From: Octopus bimaculoides
Lineage: Eukaryota
NCBI RefSeq assembly: GCF_001194135.2
Contig: NC_068995.1
Span: forward strand, 35,241,428-35,305,427
Length of the DNA: 64,000 nucleotides
Direction: 5' to 3'
Positions 1-13,441 of the stretch are shown here, piece after piece (positions within the stretch are counted from its first letter, which is position 1; each line of letters opens with the position of its first letter). Position numbers and translations under genes: made by a program. The notes beneath the pieces are model-generated. The model did not search any database. It was not told where the DNA came from and saw only the letters and a program-made list of their open reading frames with translations.

Positions 1-300
1 GGCAGCGAACTCGCGGTCACAGGATCGCAGTTTCGATTTTCAGACCGAGCGTTGTGAGTGTTTATTGAGCAAAAACAACTAAAGCTCCACGAGGCTCCGG
101 CAGGGGATGCTGACGAACCCTGCTGCACTCTTCCACCACAACTTTCTCTCACTCTTACTTTCTGTTTCTGTTGTGCCTGTAATTCAAAGGGTCAGCCTTG
201 TCACACTGTGTCACGCTGAATATCCCCGAGAACTACGTTAAGAGTACACGTGTCAGTGGAGTGCTCAGCCACTTTTACGTTAATTTCACGAGCAGGCTGT
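1..300 (+). mobile_element. tRNA-derived SINE, family A, partial copy (5' end cut by window edge, 3' tail missing)
   Basis: Aligns along its length to the reverse complement of the full copy at 37586-37972 and of 61160-61525. Confidence 0.85.
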
Positions 301-427
301 GAATATATATTATGATGAAAATAGTTGATTATTCAAGTACAAGGTTATGTGTTGCAGAACCACATAATCATATCGATAATAGATAAGATAGCCACTCTCA
401 AATTTTCCTATGCGTGCCAATTATCAG

Positions 428-465
<38 letters not shown>

Positions 466-1003
466 GTATGTATATATAGTCTTGAAAATCATTTGGACGG
501 AAAAAATATGAATTCTGTAGACGCGGTCAGACTCGCGAACAAATGAATTTGGGGAGAAGGAGAGTATATTTTAGATTAAAATGTCACTTAGTTTATCTTA
601 ATTTTGAAAAAGTATAAGCATTATTTATGGGATGACCCGACATGTATATTCACGCATGTGTACACATATTACGTATATATGTGTGAGCGTTTATGTCAAA
701 TATACTGATATGAATCTACAAGAGAATACACAGACACAACAAACATTAGGTGCATTCATGTACATACATATGTACATACATACATACATACATACATGTG
801 TGTGCGCGCGTTCTCATATATATCTTTTTACTTGCTTGAGTCATAGACCTGAAACGGACTTGAAACTTTCTATTCAATTCGTCTGTTTTACCGAACTTCC
901 AAGTTACAGGAACATAAATAAACCAACACCATTTAGTGAAGCATATGTGCTGGTGATGATGGTGTGTGTGGGATAAACACAGACACAAAGACAGACACAC
1001 ATA

Positions 1004-1905
1004 CGAGGACTGATCTGGACTGCTGACATAATATCTGGACGCTTGTCATAGTAACGAAGCAAGAGAACGCAGAGTGAAACCACTTGGCACAAATTGACCT
1101 TGAACGCTGCTGTGCACGCGCACTAAATTTTAACGTTCTAGCTCACTTTTGCTGTTTACAGAAATGGTTGGAAGAACGTGGGTAGCGTGCGATCGGCGCA
1201 TTGACCATTACAGGAAAAGTTGTCATGGCGATGCCTGCTCAGAGGCTTACGCAAAGTTGCAGAGAGTGTATGGAGAGGAGTTCATGAGCTGCACGCAAGT
1301 GTACGAGTGGTTCTGACGTTTCGACGATGGCCGTGAAAATGTCGATAAGCGACGAACGCTCTGGGAATCCCGCAACCAATAGAACTGAGAAAAATATTGC
1401 AGACGTGTGTGCAACTCTGAGGGAAAATCGTCGAATCACCATCCATGAGTTATGAGAGGATGTGCAGATTAGTTACGGTTCAGTTCAGTCCATTATCACT
1501 GAGGTTTTGAGCACGAGATGCGCGTCTGGCAAGTTTGTGCCAAAACTACTTTCAACTGACCAAAAGGACGCGTGGCTTTCCGTTGCAGAAGATATCCTTG
1601 ATTGTGTCGAAAATGGTGAACGCTTTTTGAAAACGTTGCGTAGGCCTCTGAGAAGGAATCGCCAGGCTTTTGGCAACATTGGATTCAGATTCTCAGCTCA
1701 ACCTTCTCTGTAATTGCCAATACGACGGTCACACGCTACACACGTTCATTCCGAGCACTGCTGCAAACAGCGGACCTGAGCTAGAATGTTAAATCTCAGT
1801 GCGCATGCACAACAGTGTCCAAGTTCAATTTTTGCCAAGCGGCTTTACTCTGTGTGCTTTAGCTTTATTGCTATGGCAACAGTCCGGATAGTTATTGATC
1901 AGACC
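1004..1905 (+). mobile_element. Non-autonomous mariner derivative: N-terminal transposase remnant flanked by ~250-270 bp inverted copies of the left end
   Basis: Starts TA|CGAGGACTGATC. Translation reads EAYAKLQRVYGEEFMSCTQVYEWF*RF..DERSGNP..ENRRITIHEL..KFVPKLLSTDQK..FLKTL (mariner HTH and WVP-type motif). 1635-1905 is the reverse complement of ~1004-1256. Confidence 0.85.
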
Positions 1906-2059
1906 AGATTCACTCACAAAGCAATGCAGAAGAAGATACTTGTTTAGGGGACGTGGTCGCATAGCCAGCCCCTATGCACAAAGACAACTGGTATGTCTGT
2001 GTATGATATTTTTAGATTTATGTGAATACATTTCTCGATACATACACAAATGATTTCAA

Positions 2060-2180
2060 ATTTTGACCTAAAGCCAGCAAGTTCAGAAGAGAGGGTATGT
2101 CGATTACATCGATCCCAATTTCCGAAAAGAATGAAAGGCAAAGTCCACCTTGGCGAAATTTGAAATCAGAATGTGAACAT
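2060..2180 (-). mobile_element. Degenerate SINE family C fragment
   Basis: Reverse complement resembles 'ttctgatttcaaatttcgccaaggtggactttgcctttcat' of the family C copies at 18205 and 36490. Confidence 0.6.
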
Positions 2181-3714
2181 ATACACAAATAATATATCCT
2201 CCACATATCTAAGTTTACGAAAATTCTTCTATGAAAAAATAAAGAAATTGTTTAAAAATCAATTTGAAATGCCTACCTCTAAACAAGCTTGTACAACCAT
2301 TTCAAAATGATTTTTTTCTGTAATCATTAAATATTAAATTTAGAAACATGAAAATTCACTTCCAGTGAGAATGAAACGCAGCATTAAAAAAGAAACAAAA
2401 AAAAAACAAAGATTAGAACTGGAAAATATGAAAATATTTTTTTTTTATGCACCCAGAGAAACTGAAAACCACAATCACATTGACAAAAATACTGATAGAA
2501 AAAGATATTGGAACATCTTGAATAAGACTCACTACCAAAGAGTTAATGATACAAATGAATTTTCCCCATTGAATAACAATAGATTACATGTAATGACTGC
2601 ATACTGAACTTAATACGAATTAATACCAATTATATTAGCTAACTCCAGAAAATCAGACATGAGTATCATTAAAATTGAAATATAAAAATCAGACGTATCA
2701 TTAAGGTTAAGGTGGTATAACACTGAGCGTTATGGAATAATATCCATTCCGTAATTAGTTCAAATTAAATTTCTAACAGAGCATTTGTTGTGTGACTGTG
2801 TGTATTTATCATTCTGACTTGAGATATTTTCATATACTACTACACACAAGATGGCGTGTAGTGAATTTTACATAAACATCCACCCATTCACACACACACA
2901 TATTTTGTCGCTCACAATTTTGTTTCCAAATTGTCGGAAACGGTGTTTCAACCACTTTTGATTGCCTGAGTGGCGATCACACCTGCACAGTTTGAGATAA
3001 TCCCGACAATATTCGATACAATGCAAAAATCTGCAAACGAAGTGTTCGCTGGTTTGCGAGGATGATTGGTAGGGTAGATCTAAATTTAAAAAGCCTATTT
3101 GAAACAGTATTAGATTAAAATGATGTTGATTTTGAAATATTAAATTTACATTCATATCCTAAGAAGATCGAACTTAAACAACGATAATTCATAAATGAGT
3201 AATGGCTTTAAATTCAAACTTAGTGCTTCACTCGAATGCTTTATACTGCAACATATACAATTGTGCGAGGTTTAAATAATATCTTAAAATATAACTGAAT
3301 GTTTGACATGTATTTAATCTTCCGTTGCAAAATTTCAAAATAGTTAAATGCCTTATGCGTAGTAAAACCAGAAACCTAACGTTCAATGGCAGTTTCAATT
3401 TGTTAAAATCCTTTATGCATATCGTATGTTTGCAGCTGTTATATTCTATTAATATGAATAAGATACATGTTATATTAATGCATCCAGAAGTTTCTCCAAA
3501 AACAAAATTGAGATGATAACAAAAGCATCGAGAACTATATTCTACGTAGACGATGTGAAGCCCCAGTAACTTTATTAGATAGGAATACATGAATGGGCAG
3601 CAAACGTTTCAGTATAATGAAGTGATATTTCTGTATTGAATATTAAGAAAAGGAAGTCATATTATAAATAGAAAAAAGATTAGAAATTAATCATTAACAA
3701 TATCACAAGTTTGT

Positions 3715-3805
3715 TTCCGTCTTTACGTTCTGAGTTCAAATTCCGCCGAGATCGACGTTGCCTTTCATCCACTCAGGAGTCGATAAAATAAGTTCCCGTT
3801 GACCA
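3715..3805 (+). mobile_element. SINE family C fragment (B-box region)
   Basis: ttacgttctgagttcaaattccgccgagatcgacgttgcctttcatcc matches the other family C copies. Confidence 0.75.
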
Positions 3806-4789
3806 CCTTATTTAACATATACACGCTCACACACGACCCGCATTAGACTCCTCACTCATACTAATATCGAACCGGAGTCTAACAGTGGTCCTTCTGTAGC
3901 ACTTACTCAGCCTTACCTGCATTCTGGGTCGTCTGGATACCAAAACTTCTCATATTATATATATATATATATATATTTACACCTGCCAGTATATGTCTGT
4001 GTGATTTTGACTGTGTTGGTGGGGAAAAGAAATATTTATCAACTATCGAGACACATTCATTCTGCATGTGAAAGTAAATTAGAATCAGAACGATTAGCAA
4101 CCTGCAAAGGAGGCATTAAATAAGTTAACTGAAACTTTTAAGTGACATATATGTGTACTCATGTTGTCAATGTTGAGGATGCGATACCAGTGACGCCAGC
4201 TTCCTTACAACACTCTCTACACGCATGTGAACTAAATATCAAGGAAAGAATTATTGCTTCTGCACCCTTAAATACACTTGACCTGAACTCACCAATATAA
4301 GTTTACCATCTAGAAGCCATCTTGAAATCGTCTCAAATCCCTGTATTCTTCTTTAAATATCTGACGAGATGGGTCCGTCCTATGATTCCACACAACTTTA
4401 AGTCATACGGAACTGAATCAATCTGTTATTAACAAATATATGTAACTCCTATCAAATATGTTGTGTACAGTTGTCTTTCGTTTGTCCACTCGCTCATGTA
4501 TATGATTTGCTGTGACGTAAATGAAGCGCAGTACGCTATTCGTAGTTAAATGATCTTTGTAGAGAGACCTTGTTCATTATACCAACTGTTTTTTTTTGTT
4601 TTTTAAAAATATTCAGATTTGATTAAATTTTATCTTATACAATACCATGGAATTCTGACTCTATGCGTGTGAATTTTAACGAATTCCTTTTGTTCATTTT
4701 CTAAGAACAAGTATTATTTATTAGAAACAATTTGCATTCCAGAAGTTTTGAGGCTTTTTCAAAGAGAGATATTTATTAATTTTTTAAGA

Positions 4790-5300
4790 AATACAAAACT
4801 AGTACTTGTAGCATTCTAACCATTTCGTGAAGATCTCATGGAAGTTCTCCAAGTGTCCAGAACCTCTGTTACAGCCACCTGCGCCTTCTCTTTTAGCTTG
4901 GGCACAGCCAAAAGTCAAAGGAAGCAAGGTCTGGACTGTATGAAAGGTGCGAGGTAGGTTGATGCCCATCTATGTCAAGAAGTTGATTACCAGGATGGGA
5001 ATTTTGACTAGTGCACTGACTTGGTGCAAGTGCTGTGGCCTTTTGCGAGGAAATCTCTACCTGAACTCTCTCAAAATTTTCACAAAATACTCTGTCTCAC
5101 TTGAGGAAATCTAATGGATGTAGATGATGCTTTTGGTGTTGAAAAAGTGAATCATCGTGAGCTTCACGGTGGACATTCTTTGCCTGGTGTCTTGTGCTAG
5201 CGAAAAATAGGTGTTTGTCTCATAGATGTCAATCCATAAGCAGCCTGAACCATTTCATATGTTTATGAAGCGTTTTATACCGATTCAAGCACAAAACGTT
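4790..5300 (-). mobile_element. Decayed mariner transposase, catalytic C-terminal half
   Basis: Minus-strand translation with frameshifts: MIHFFNTKSIIYIH..EYFVKILREFR*RFPRKRP..SYSPDLASFDFWL..ENFHEIFTKWLECY. Confidence 0.8.
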
Positions 5301-8300
5301 ATTGTATAGTGAGCTTCTTAATTCCCTTCACATCCTGACTGCATTCCACACACTAGGCAGCTCTGACAAGCAGTGTTTATTAGGTAGTATTGAAAGAGCT
5401 GTTGTAGCCGTCTCCCTCCGTCTGAAAAGAATAAAAGTTGGCAGGTTAGCTTATTACACGCATAGTAATGATATACTAAAATTACAATAATGCGGAACAG
5501 TTATAACCAACTCGCCTAACAAAAGCCTCAAAACGTAGAGAACGCATCTCGTAAGTGTGTCATCCCACTGAATCGCATGTCTAATTGGATCTATATTTAT
5601 TTCAATAATCGCGTGGTTCACTCCATATACAATGCTTCAAAGTTCATTTCGGTATACTGTTCTGTGAATTTGTTCTGAGTTCATTTTTCTGAGGATGCCT
5701 TTATCCTTATGACACTTCTGTGTATTTCAGACACAATATAACTTCGCTATTTTACAACTTCATAAATTGCCAAACTTCATGTGAATCTTTTAATCATCTA
5801 TTTATTGATCCTGAGTATTTTCCGTTTCCCTCTTTTCTGCATTGATATGTTTTCCTTTCAATATTTTGTGAATACTTTTAGATGTAATAGACGCAATGTT
5901 AAGCAAGTTTTAACATCAAATTACTTGGCTTTCAATTGAGTCTTCTGCAGAGAAATACTTATTTCAACGACATTTTATCACTTCCCCAATCCATTAAATT
6001 CTTCTATTAGACTAACGTTTTAATCATTTGTTGAGCTATTTAAACAACATGCAGTGATCATTTAAACCGAACAGTCCCTAATTCAATAAGCAAGTTATTT
6101 ATAATTGTGCCTTCACTGATTAAATTACACGCTTCCTTTAAACATTGATTCATTCAAATATATCCCTTGTAATACACAAATCATGTGCTAATTTATTGAT
6201 AGAAATATTTCATTAAATCACTTTGCGCTTTAATGACATATTTACAAACTAAAATCCAGATTTAGAACACAATAAGGTGTAATTAAAGAGCATTGAGATG
6301 CAGTAATACCAGTTAAATTAAGGGTTTGGGCATCTGGAACATACCTGGATAACCATTGTTCAGTTAAAGTCTTAAAGCATCACTTAACTTCGTAAAATGA
6401 CCATAAAGATGATTTAATTTATGCACTCTTCTGTGATGCATTTTAAGAACAAATTTGGCCACTTTGCTTTGGAAGACAGAAAATCTCTAAAAGAATTACA
6501 GTTATTGCAATTTTATTGCCTTGCCAAATTCACCAATGGAGCAATAATAACTTGTGACAGGTTTTGAAAATGTAGGATGACCATATTCTTTTCAGTATAA
6601 CCGAATTTTTAAAGTTAAAAGGCGGGTTTAAAATCTTTCTGAGATCCTTCATGATACGAAATTGGATCAAAGACATCAACAGATCATCCCTGTTTAGACA
6701 AGATTTTTCAAGTATCTGGAGATTGCTAATACTATTATTTTCCTAAAGATGCTTAGCAAACTATTTTAATATTCCTTTATATCTGCTTTCTTTATATCTT
6801 CAAAAATGCAAACGAGATTACAAACACGAGATCACACGAACAAAATCTATGGAGATGATATAAGATTTAATCACAACCATATATACCATTTGCCGTTATC
6901 TATTATTATGCATACACAGGCGCACATACACACACGTGCGCGCATAGACACAATTACATATACAGGCTCACACACTCACACACACATATGCCTATGTGTG
7001 TGTTTGCATTGTGCGTCTGTTTATAACTTTTGTTCCTCATATCATGCATTATATTGTAATCGATTTTTGCGCCTATATGAACATTTGTGAATCAGTTTTT
7101 CGGCGAACATGCCTCCGTTCGCCGTTATGTGTATACCTGTTGAGATACTATTATGTGATTATGCGTAAGGCTTTGTTACTTCAGGTAGTCAACTGATGCA
7201 TATGTGGTTTTAAGGTTTGCTGCTTTGTAACCCTGGATTACAATGGGATTTCCTTAAATGAAACAAGGAGATGCTATTTGTGATCATTTCAGAAGATAAG
7301 TGAATATTTCCCAAGCATTTTACGCACATCTATTAATCATTTTTAGTCAGAGCTTTAGAATTGTTTCCTTTTCAGGTGTTTCATTTTTCAATTTTCCATG
7401 TTCTGTAATGTTTGGAGTACTTCATGCGTAGTTATATCTTCTCATTATTATGCCTGCTTCTGATCTGTATTTAGATTTGAACGTTCCCATCCATAGTATA
7501 ATCCATCTGTTATTCACACGCCTCACTCTCAATATTCCGTTTCTCTTCCTATTTGGCAGTATTGCTTTGTGCTGGACATTTTTTGTGATCATTTCAAACA
7601 TTATCGTTTATAGTGTTTCTATTTGTTTCATTTAAAGAAGATACAATTCTTTTTATACTGTATTTCTTTAGGATTTAGGTTTCTCCCATTATTTTCCACT
7701 CTCTTTTCATTTTTGACTTTATTAATATTTGCAGACATTTATTGTATATCTTTCTTTGTTTTCTATGTAATTTCCTTTGGTTTATATGAAGTTGTCACTC
7801 TGTCGTGCCTTCTTTTCCAGCTGCATACATTATCTTATTTAAACTGAAAGAATTGATATTGGTATCTCTTTTCAGTAAATATGATACAATCATCATTTTT
7901 TAATGTCGAAGCTCTTTTATTCGAAAAAAAAACTGCTTTTACTATCTATAATCAATGTTTCCAGCTTTAGAAATATGTACTCGTATTTCATTGATATAAT
8001 CGCTTATCTTTGTAAGTTACTTGCAATAAAGCATTTCTGTCTTTGTTCGTCAATTTTTATTTGTTTTCCTAGCGTGCACTTTTCTTGTCTTTAATTATTT
8101 TAATTCATATTTCATTGCACCTCTTTCTTATATGTTGTAATGCCTTTTGTAGTTGTGCTAGTATGGAAGGAGTCGGGTTTTTTGTAAGATACTCACACAT
8201 TTAAGTAATCTCTATTCTACAATAATAGAAAGTATACTACATAAAATATTAAAATTGAAAGACCCATCAGTATTTAAACCAAACCAAGGAAGGGAAATTG

Positions 8301-8569
8301 AAAATTACAGACACAAAGGAATCCAAAATACATAAATTCAATAAAAGATATAAATAATCTCTGAAATTCAAAGAAAATATTAAACATAATATTTTTAAAA
8401 AAACATGAGAAACCAGAGAACAAATCATTGAAATAAAATTGCTAATGATTCGATAATTAAATGAAAACATAACGTTTTAGGACACACCAGCATCCGAAGA
8501 TATTCAAGCATATTGGAATGGAATAAGTAATTCAAGCATGTGACATGATAAAAAAGCGAAGAGCATTAG

Positions 8570-8990
8570 AAAGGAAAACGGTAACATATATGTACTATGG
8601 TACTGCAAGCAGAGACGGCTATAGCCATCAAGAATTTCTCCGACACAAAAATTGTAATCATTTACAAAACCACTTCGATTGACAATGTATCTTGTTCCTA
8701 GATTAAATTACCTGACTTAGTACTCATAAATGGCGTGTATCAGCAATGAAACAAATGTGAAAAAGCAATAGTCAACACCTGACTGGTTGCTAGAATGGAA
8801 ATCAACATCGCCTCATCCAACAAAGAAAAAAATATTAGTTCTATTCTTAATGTGTTCGACAGAATAGAATGTAAATATATAAATCTCTATTCTGTACCAT
8901 CAATGGAGAACAATTTCTATGTCTTTCTATCGCTGAGTACCTCTCCTGACGAACACATAACCTAAATGTACCAAAAACTACATTGCAGAC
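8570..8990 (+). mobile_element. Penelope-like element 3' remnant (decayed GIY-YIG linker/endonuclease)
   Basis: VTYMYYG..IKNFSDTKIVIIYKTTSI..LPDLVLINGVYQQ*NKCEKAI..LVARME resembles the PLE pattern 'VTLPY..YKT.NT..GVYQI.C..C.K.YIG.T.R.L.TRM.EH'. Confidence 0.55.
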
Positions 8991-10499
8991 ACTGGTCATT
9001 ATCTTCAAAACCAGAAAATGCTTTAGTCCCTAGCAACTACTTAGCCTCTATAAAACTCAGGCACGATCTACAAAATAGAAAATACTGCTCTCACATGTAT
9101 GACGGCAATAGTACTACACACATCCTAGACAGCACTAAATGCAGGTGACTGCTTGGCATGAAGTCACTCACTAGTACCTCTATGTCCCTAAATCACAGGT
9201 GTTCTGTTCTTTTTTCTGCTTTTATTCTGCTAGTACTGTGGCCTCTACATGGAACTGGCTAATACCATCTCACTTTCACTCAAAAACTCCCAAGACATTT
9301 TCACTTTTCTCTTTGTCACCATTGTTTTGTTTCTTCTTCAGTAACTCGCACTATTTACTATATCTAGTTCTTTCTTACTAATGCACCGACCTACTTGAAT
9401 TGTCTTCCTGCCCATGTCTGTTCCTTTCTTTTCTCTTTCAGTCTCATAGTTTCTGATATCTCTGTGATTGCCAAGGGTATATTTTCCTTTCTCTGACTAA
9501 AACAGTATTTCTTAAAACTACTTGGAAACATTCTACGATTGCAAGTCTTCTTTATATATGTGCAAGTTAGAACTAAAATATACCTAATTTTCAGATATTC
9601 ATCGCTTCATAGTCTGTGATAGTTACTTATATTCATACGACAGAACATATTATAGCAGTGAAGCTTGATTTTCATATGAGAATCCTGATGTTTTTGAAGC
9701 TCAGAATTGCTATAGCATTTATAAGTTATTTTACCTTCTTATTCAGAACATAACGTCAAACTGAACATACCAGTATGAGGAGGCGATCAATATTCATAGT
9801 CACAACGAATCCCGTTCACATTAAAATGTAAAAGTGAATTCAAGTCAACATTTAATTCTAAGCTCAGTTAGATCTCTCTTAATGACTTTCGACTGACGTT
9901 TTCCTAAAATCCAACGTATTCAGAAGCGTGTAGAATATTATTTCTAATATTTTATTAGCAAAACTAGGCAAAATGGAAGATGGTGCTAAATTTATCATCC
10001 TACTGAGAAAAGATAGCACTCTAGAATATTTCACACACCTGATGAATGATTTATCACTAAAAAGAAAAACCAGATAAATAATTAATGATTAAATGAAGCG
10101 TGACAAGGGCTAGGTAAGTACACTCAGCAATCATTATCGCAAGAATGTATTTTTAGTATACAAATCAGGATATTTCACCTTTTTTTCTGCTGGATGCACA
10201 TTAAACAGGTGAATGAGGCGTTAAAAACGTTGATACTAAGGTTATTGCTCATTAGTAACCATATACTCGGAAATGAGCGATAACGGATATGAAGTTGATG
10301 CAAAGAATTACACATGTAAAATGTTACATTAAACGCTTTGGCTCTGAAATACATCAACTCCTCTTTAGAATGCAGGAGTATAATATAAATAATCTACATG
10401 AGATCATGTAAACATACAGACCGCTCTATGCAAGACATATACTTTGTTCAAATATTTGCAGGCTATTGGATGTTCTATTGACATATCTTTCAAATAACA

Positions 10500-10513
10500 C
10501 ATACACGCGCGCG

Positions 10514-10547
<34 letters not shown>

Positions 10548-10655
10548 AGCACACACGCACTCACACGCACACGCACTCACACACCCACGCATATATATGC
10601 ATACATACGTACGAATACACACATATATACTGCAGATAGCAAGATAGATAGATAA

Positions 10656-10714
<59 letters not shown>

Positions 10715-10790
10715 TGAGTGTATAGAATGTGACTGCGCATAAGATAATAAACGCACTCACATATACACGCGCGTACACGCATACACACAT
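10500..10790. repeat. Compound microsatellite (CA)n / (TAGA)n
   Basis: Visible directly; explains ORFs 10404..10790 and 10561..10788. Confidence 0.95.
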
Positions 10791-12569
10791 CTTGTAGTGA
10801 AGACCTCGTTAAAAATATTAGATTGAAAAAAGTTATGTATCTTTAAGTAGCCAAAAAAATTGGTAAGTAACAACTAAAACTGACTTTGACTCTAAATATC
10901 TCTGGTTAAAAGATATTAGATAGAAAAAAAAGTCATGCAGGTTTTAGTGATGAAAAAATGTGATATGTTATTGTAAATCTTTCACACACGGTACTCTCTG
11001 GATTATAATAAGGTCCACCGTTACTCACTGGCGGCCAATTTAAGAATGAAACAAGATGGCAATGATTACAATGTTTAAGACAAGTTAGGTCCAATAAATG
11101 TGTAAATTTGTCGACCTAATATGGTTACATACTACGATGTATTCGAAATCAACTTCAAATAGTAACGCCGTTCTGCTCCGTAGGAATGTACCATTTAATG
11201 TCCAGGAGTGGTCAGTAAGCCTGCTGGCACTTCAGTATGCTTGGTGGTTCGTTGGATTATAAGAATTATAGTTTTCTAGTGAATAGTTAAAAATTATTAT
11301 AAGAACAGAATTACTTTTTATCTACACAAATTTGGGCAAATTCGCTTTAGAGTCTGTTTTTTTCTATTCTGCTCTATCTCTAGTAGCACGCAATAGGTAA
11401 ATTCTTCTAGTTGTATTTCCTCTTTATCATAGTAAACTCTTCTAGTTATATAAACGCTTTATAATAGTTTATCTTTTAAAAATGCTTTGACAAGCTACAT
11501 ATACAAAATGGAGTTTTAATAGTTTTAATTCGAAAGAGTATATGAGGAACTTTTAATTTGATGATTGATTGATGTTGTAACTATATTCTGTTTCATTCCA
11601 CATGTTTTATTGCTCTTGTGAGTTTTGTTGCTTTCTTTACTTATAAGCAAATCATAATCTTCAAGTTAAATGTCAAACACAGTGTGTTTTGCATTTTTCA
11701 AAAATATATAATCAGCATTGCTTTAATAGTTATAGTGGTAATTCTAAACAAAATAAAGAAACAACGTAACACTATGTTAAATTCAATAAATTAAACAAAA
11801 GTAATCAACGAGTAGATCAAATCGCACAACTCATAGATTTACTTTCTATCTGAACATCACTTTGTCGAGGAGTGAATCTTTTACGATCGTCTACGCCGTC
11901 TTTGTAAAGTATGTGGTAGTGTCCATGTAGTGTCAACTACGATGCTAAAACTTGGTGATGGACGCGGGCAAATGGTCTAGAGTCTAGACGCTGCAGCTGC
12001 GGCTGTTGATAATTGTAGTTGTGGCATATATCTCCGTTACAATGGCGGTGGGATTGGAAATGTTGATTTCGCTGTTGCTGTGTATCACTATGATGTTGCT
12101 GCAGTTAACGTTGTAGTTAATTCTGGTTGTTATTGTTGTTTGCGAGGATATTTCGGTATTGTTGTTGCTCATGGTCATGTCTCTGTTATTATGTCGTTTT
12201 CTGTTTTGGCTCATCAATTTGTTGACATTCTTGTTTCTTCAACAAACGCTGCGAGGGCGGGAGACTCATCTCTCTCTGTGACTCTGTGAAGCGGAGACTT
12301 ATGATGGCAACTTCTTTTCTTACCTCTCACTTGCCAAATAATATCGCTGCAATGATTAATATATTGAGAATGTTTTTTGAAATAAAAAATTTCAAAAGAA
12401 TTTTGTGTCAAAATGCTTGAGGAACCAACCAATCCAAGAGCGCCGTTCTTTATTTTTCAACAAAAGGAACAGCATAAATTTAAGAAAAAGATGAATCAGA
12501 CGGAAAAGAGACAACAATCTATTTAAGATTTATGGAGGAAAGGAAATACGCAGCATTCAGTCGAAAGCA

Positions 12570-12722
<153 letters not shown>

Positions 12723-13386
12723 AGCAACAGAAAAAAGATGGTATAAACACACGCCAGAAAAGGTCACAGAAAACGAGAAAGCAACCATACTCTGGGATAT
12801 GCCAATACACACAGATAGAGAAATTAAGGCAAATAGACCAGATATAGTTGTCAAAGATCATGAAGGAAAAAAATGCCTTCTAATTGATGTTTCAATACCA
12901 GCAGATGACAACGTTTNNNNNNNNNNNNNNNNNNNNNNNNNNNNNNNNNNNNNNNNNNNNNNNNNNNNNNNNNNNNNNNNNNNNNNNNNNNNNNNNNNNN
13001 NNNNNNNNNNNNNNNNNNNNNNNNNNNNNNNNNNNNNNNNNNNNNNNNNNNNNNNNNNNNNNNNNNNNNNNNNNNNNNNNNNNNNNNNNNNNNNNNNNNN
13101 NNNNNNNNNNNNNNNNNNNNNNNNNNNNNNNNNNNNNNNNNNNNNNNNNNNNNNGGTGCCTTAGGTATAATAAAAAAATATTCAGACAAATACATAACAA
13201 AAACACCAGGACTTACAAATATATATAACATACAGAAAATTGCACTACTGGGTACTGCACACATTCTACGCAAAACACTTTCAATACAGTAAACATAAGA
13301 GCACCACAGCAAACCACAGCACATACCCAAGGCGCACAGAGCTGCGCTCGGTAGTGAAGTGAAAGCACGTTATAAAAATAAAACTA

Positions 13387-13389
<3 letters not shown>
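12723..13389 (+). mobile_element. R4/Dong-like RLE non-LTR retrotransposon, 5'-truncated copy 1 (contains assembly gap)
   Basis: WYKHTPEKVTENEKATILWDMPIHTDREIKANRPDIVVKDHEGKKCLLIDVSIP..GALGIIKK..IQKIALLGTAHILRKTLSIQ* is a PD..D RLE domain. The 3' UTR ends actactg, followed by (AAT)n. Confidence 0.9.

Positions 13390-13440
<51 letters not shown>

Positions 13441-13441
<1 letters not shown>

Noticed and set aside
2868-3155. 95-aa minus ORF, including a possible 48-nt ag..gt bounded exon (IFALYRILSGLSQTVQ)
   Set aside because: No recognisable homology and no partner exons; cannot be distinguished from chance.
3228-3590. 120-aa minus-strand ORF
   Set aside because: AT-rich, I/L/F/Y/C-biased composition with no motif; typical of a spurious ORF.
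4361-4430. CTGACGAG..TCATAC-GGAAC hammerhead-like string
   Set aside because: Second core box is mutated, stem II is irregular, and no linked PLE coding sequence was recognised.
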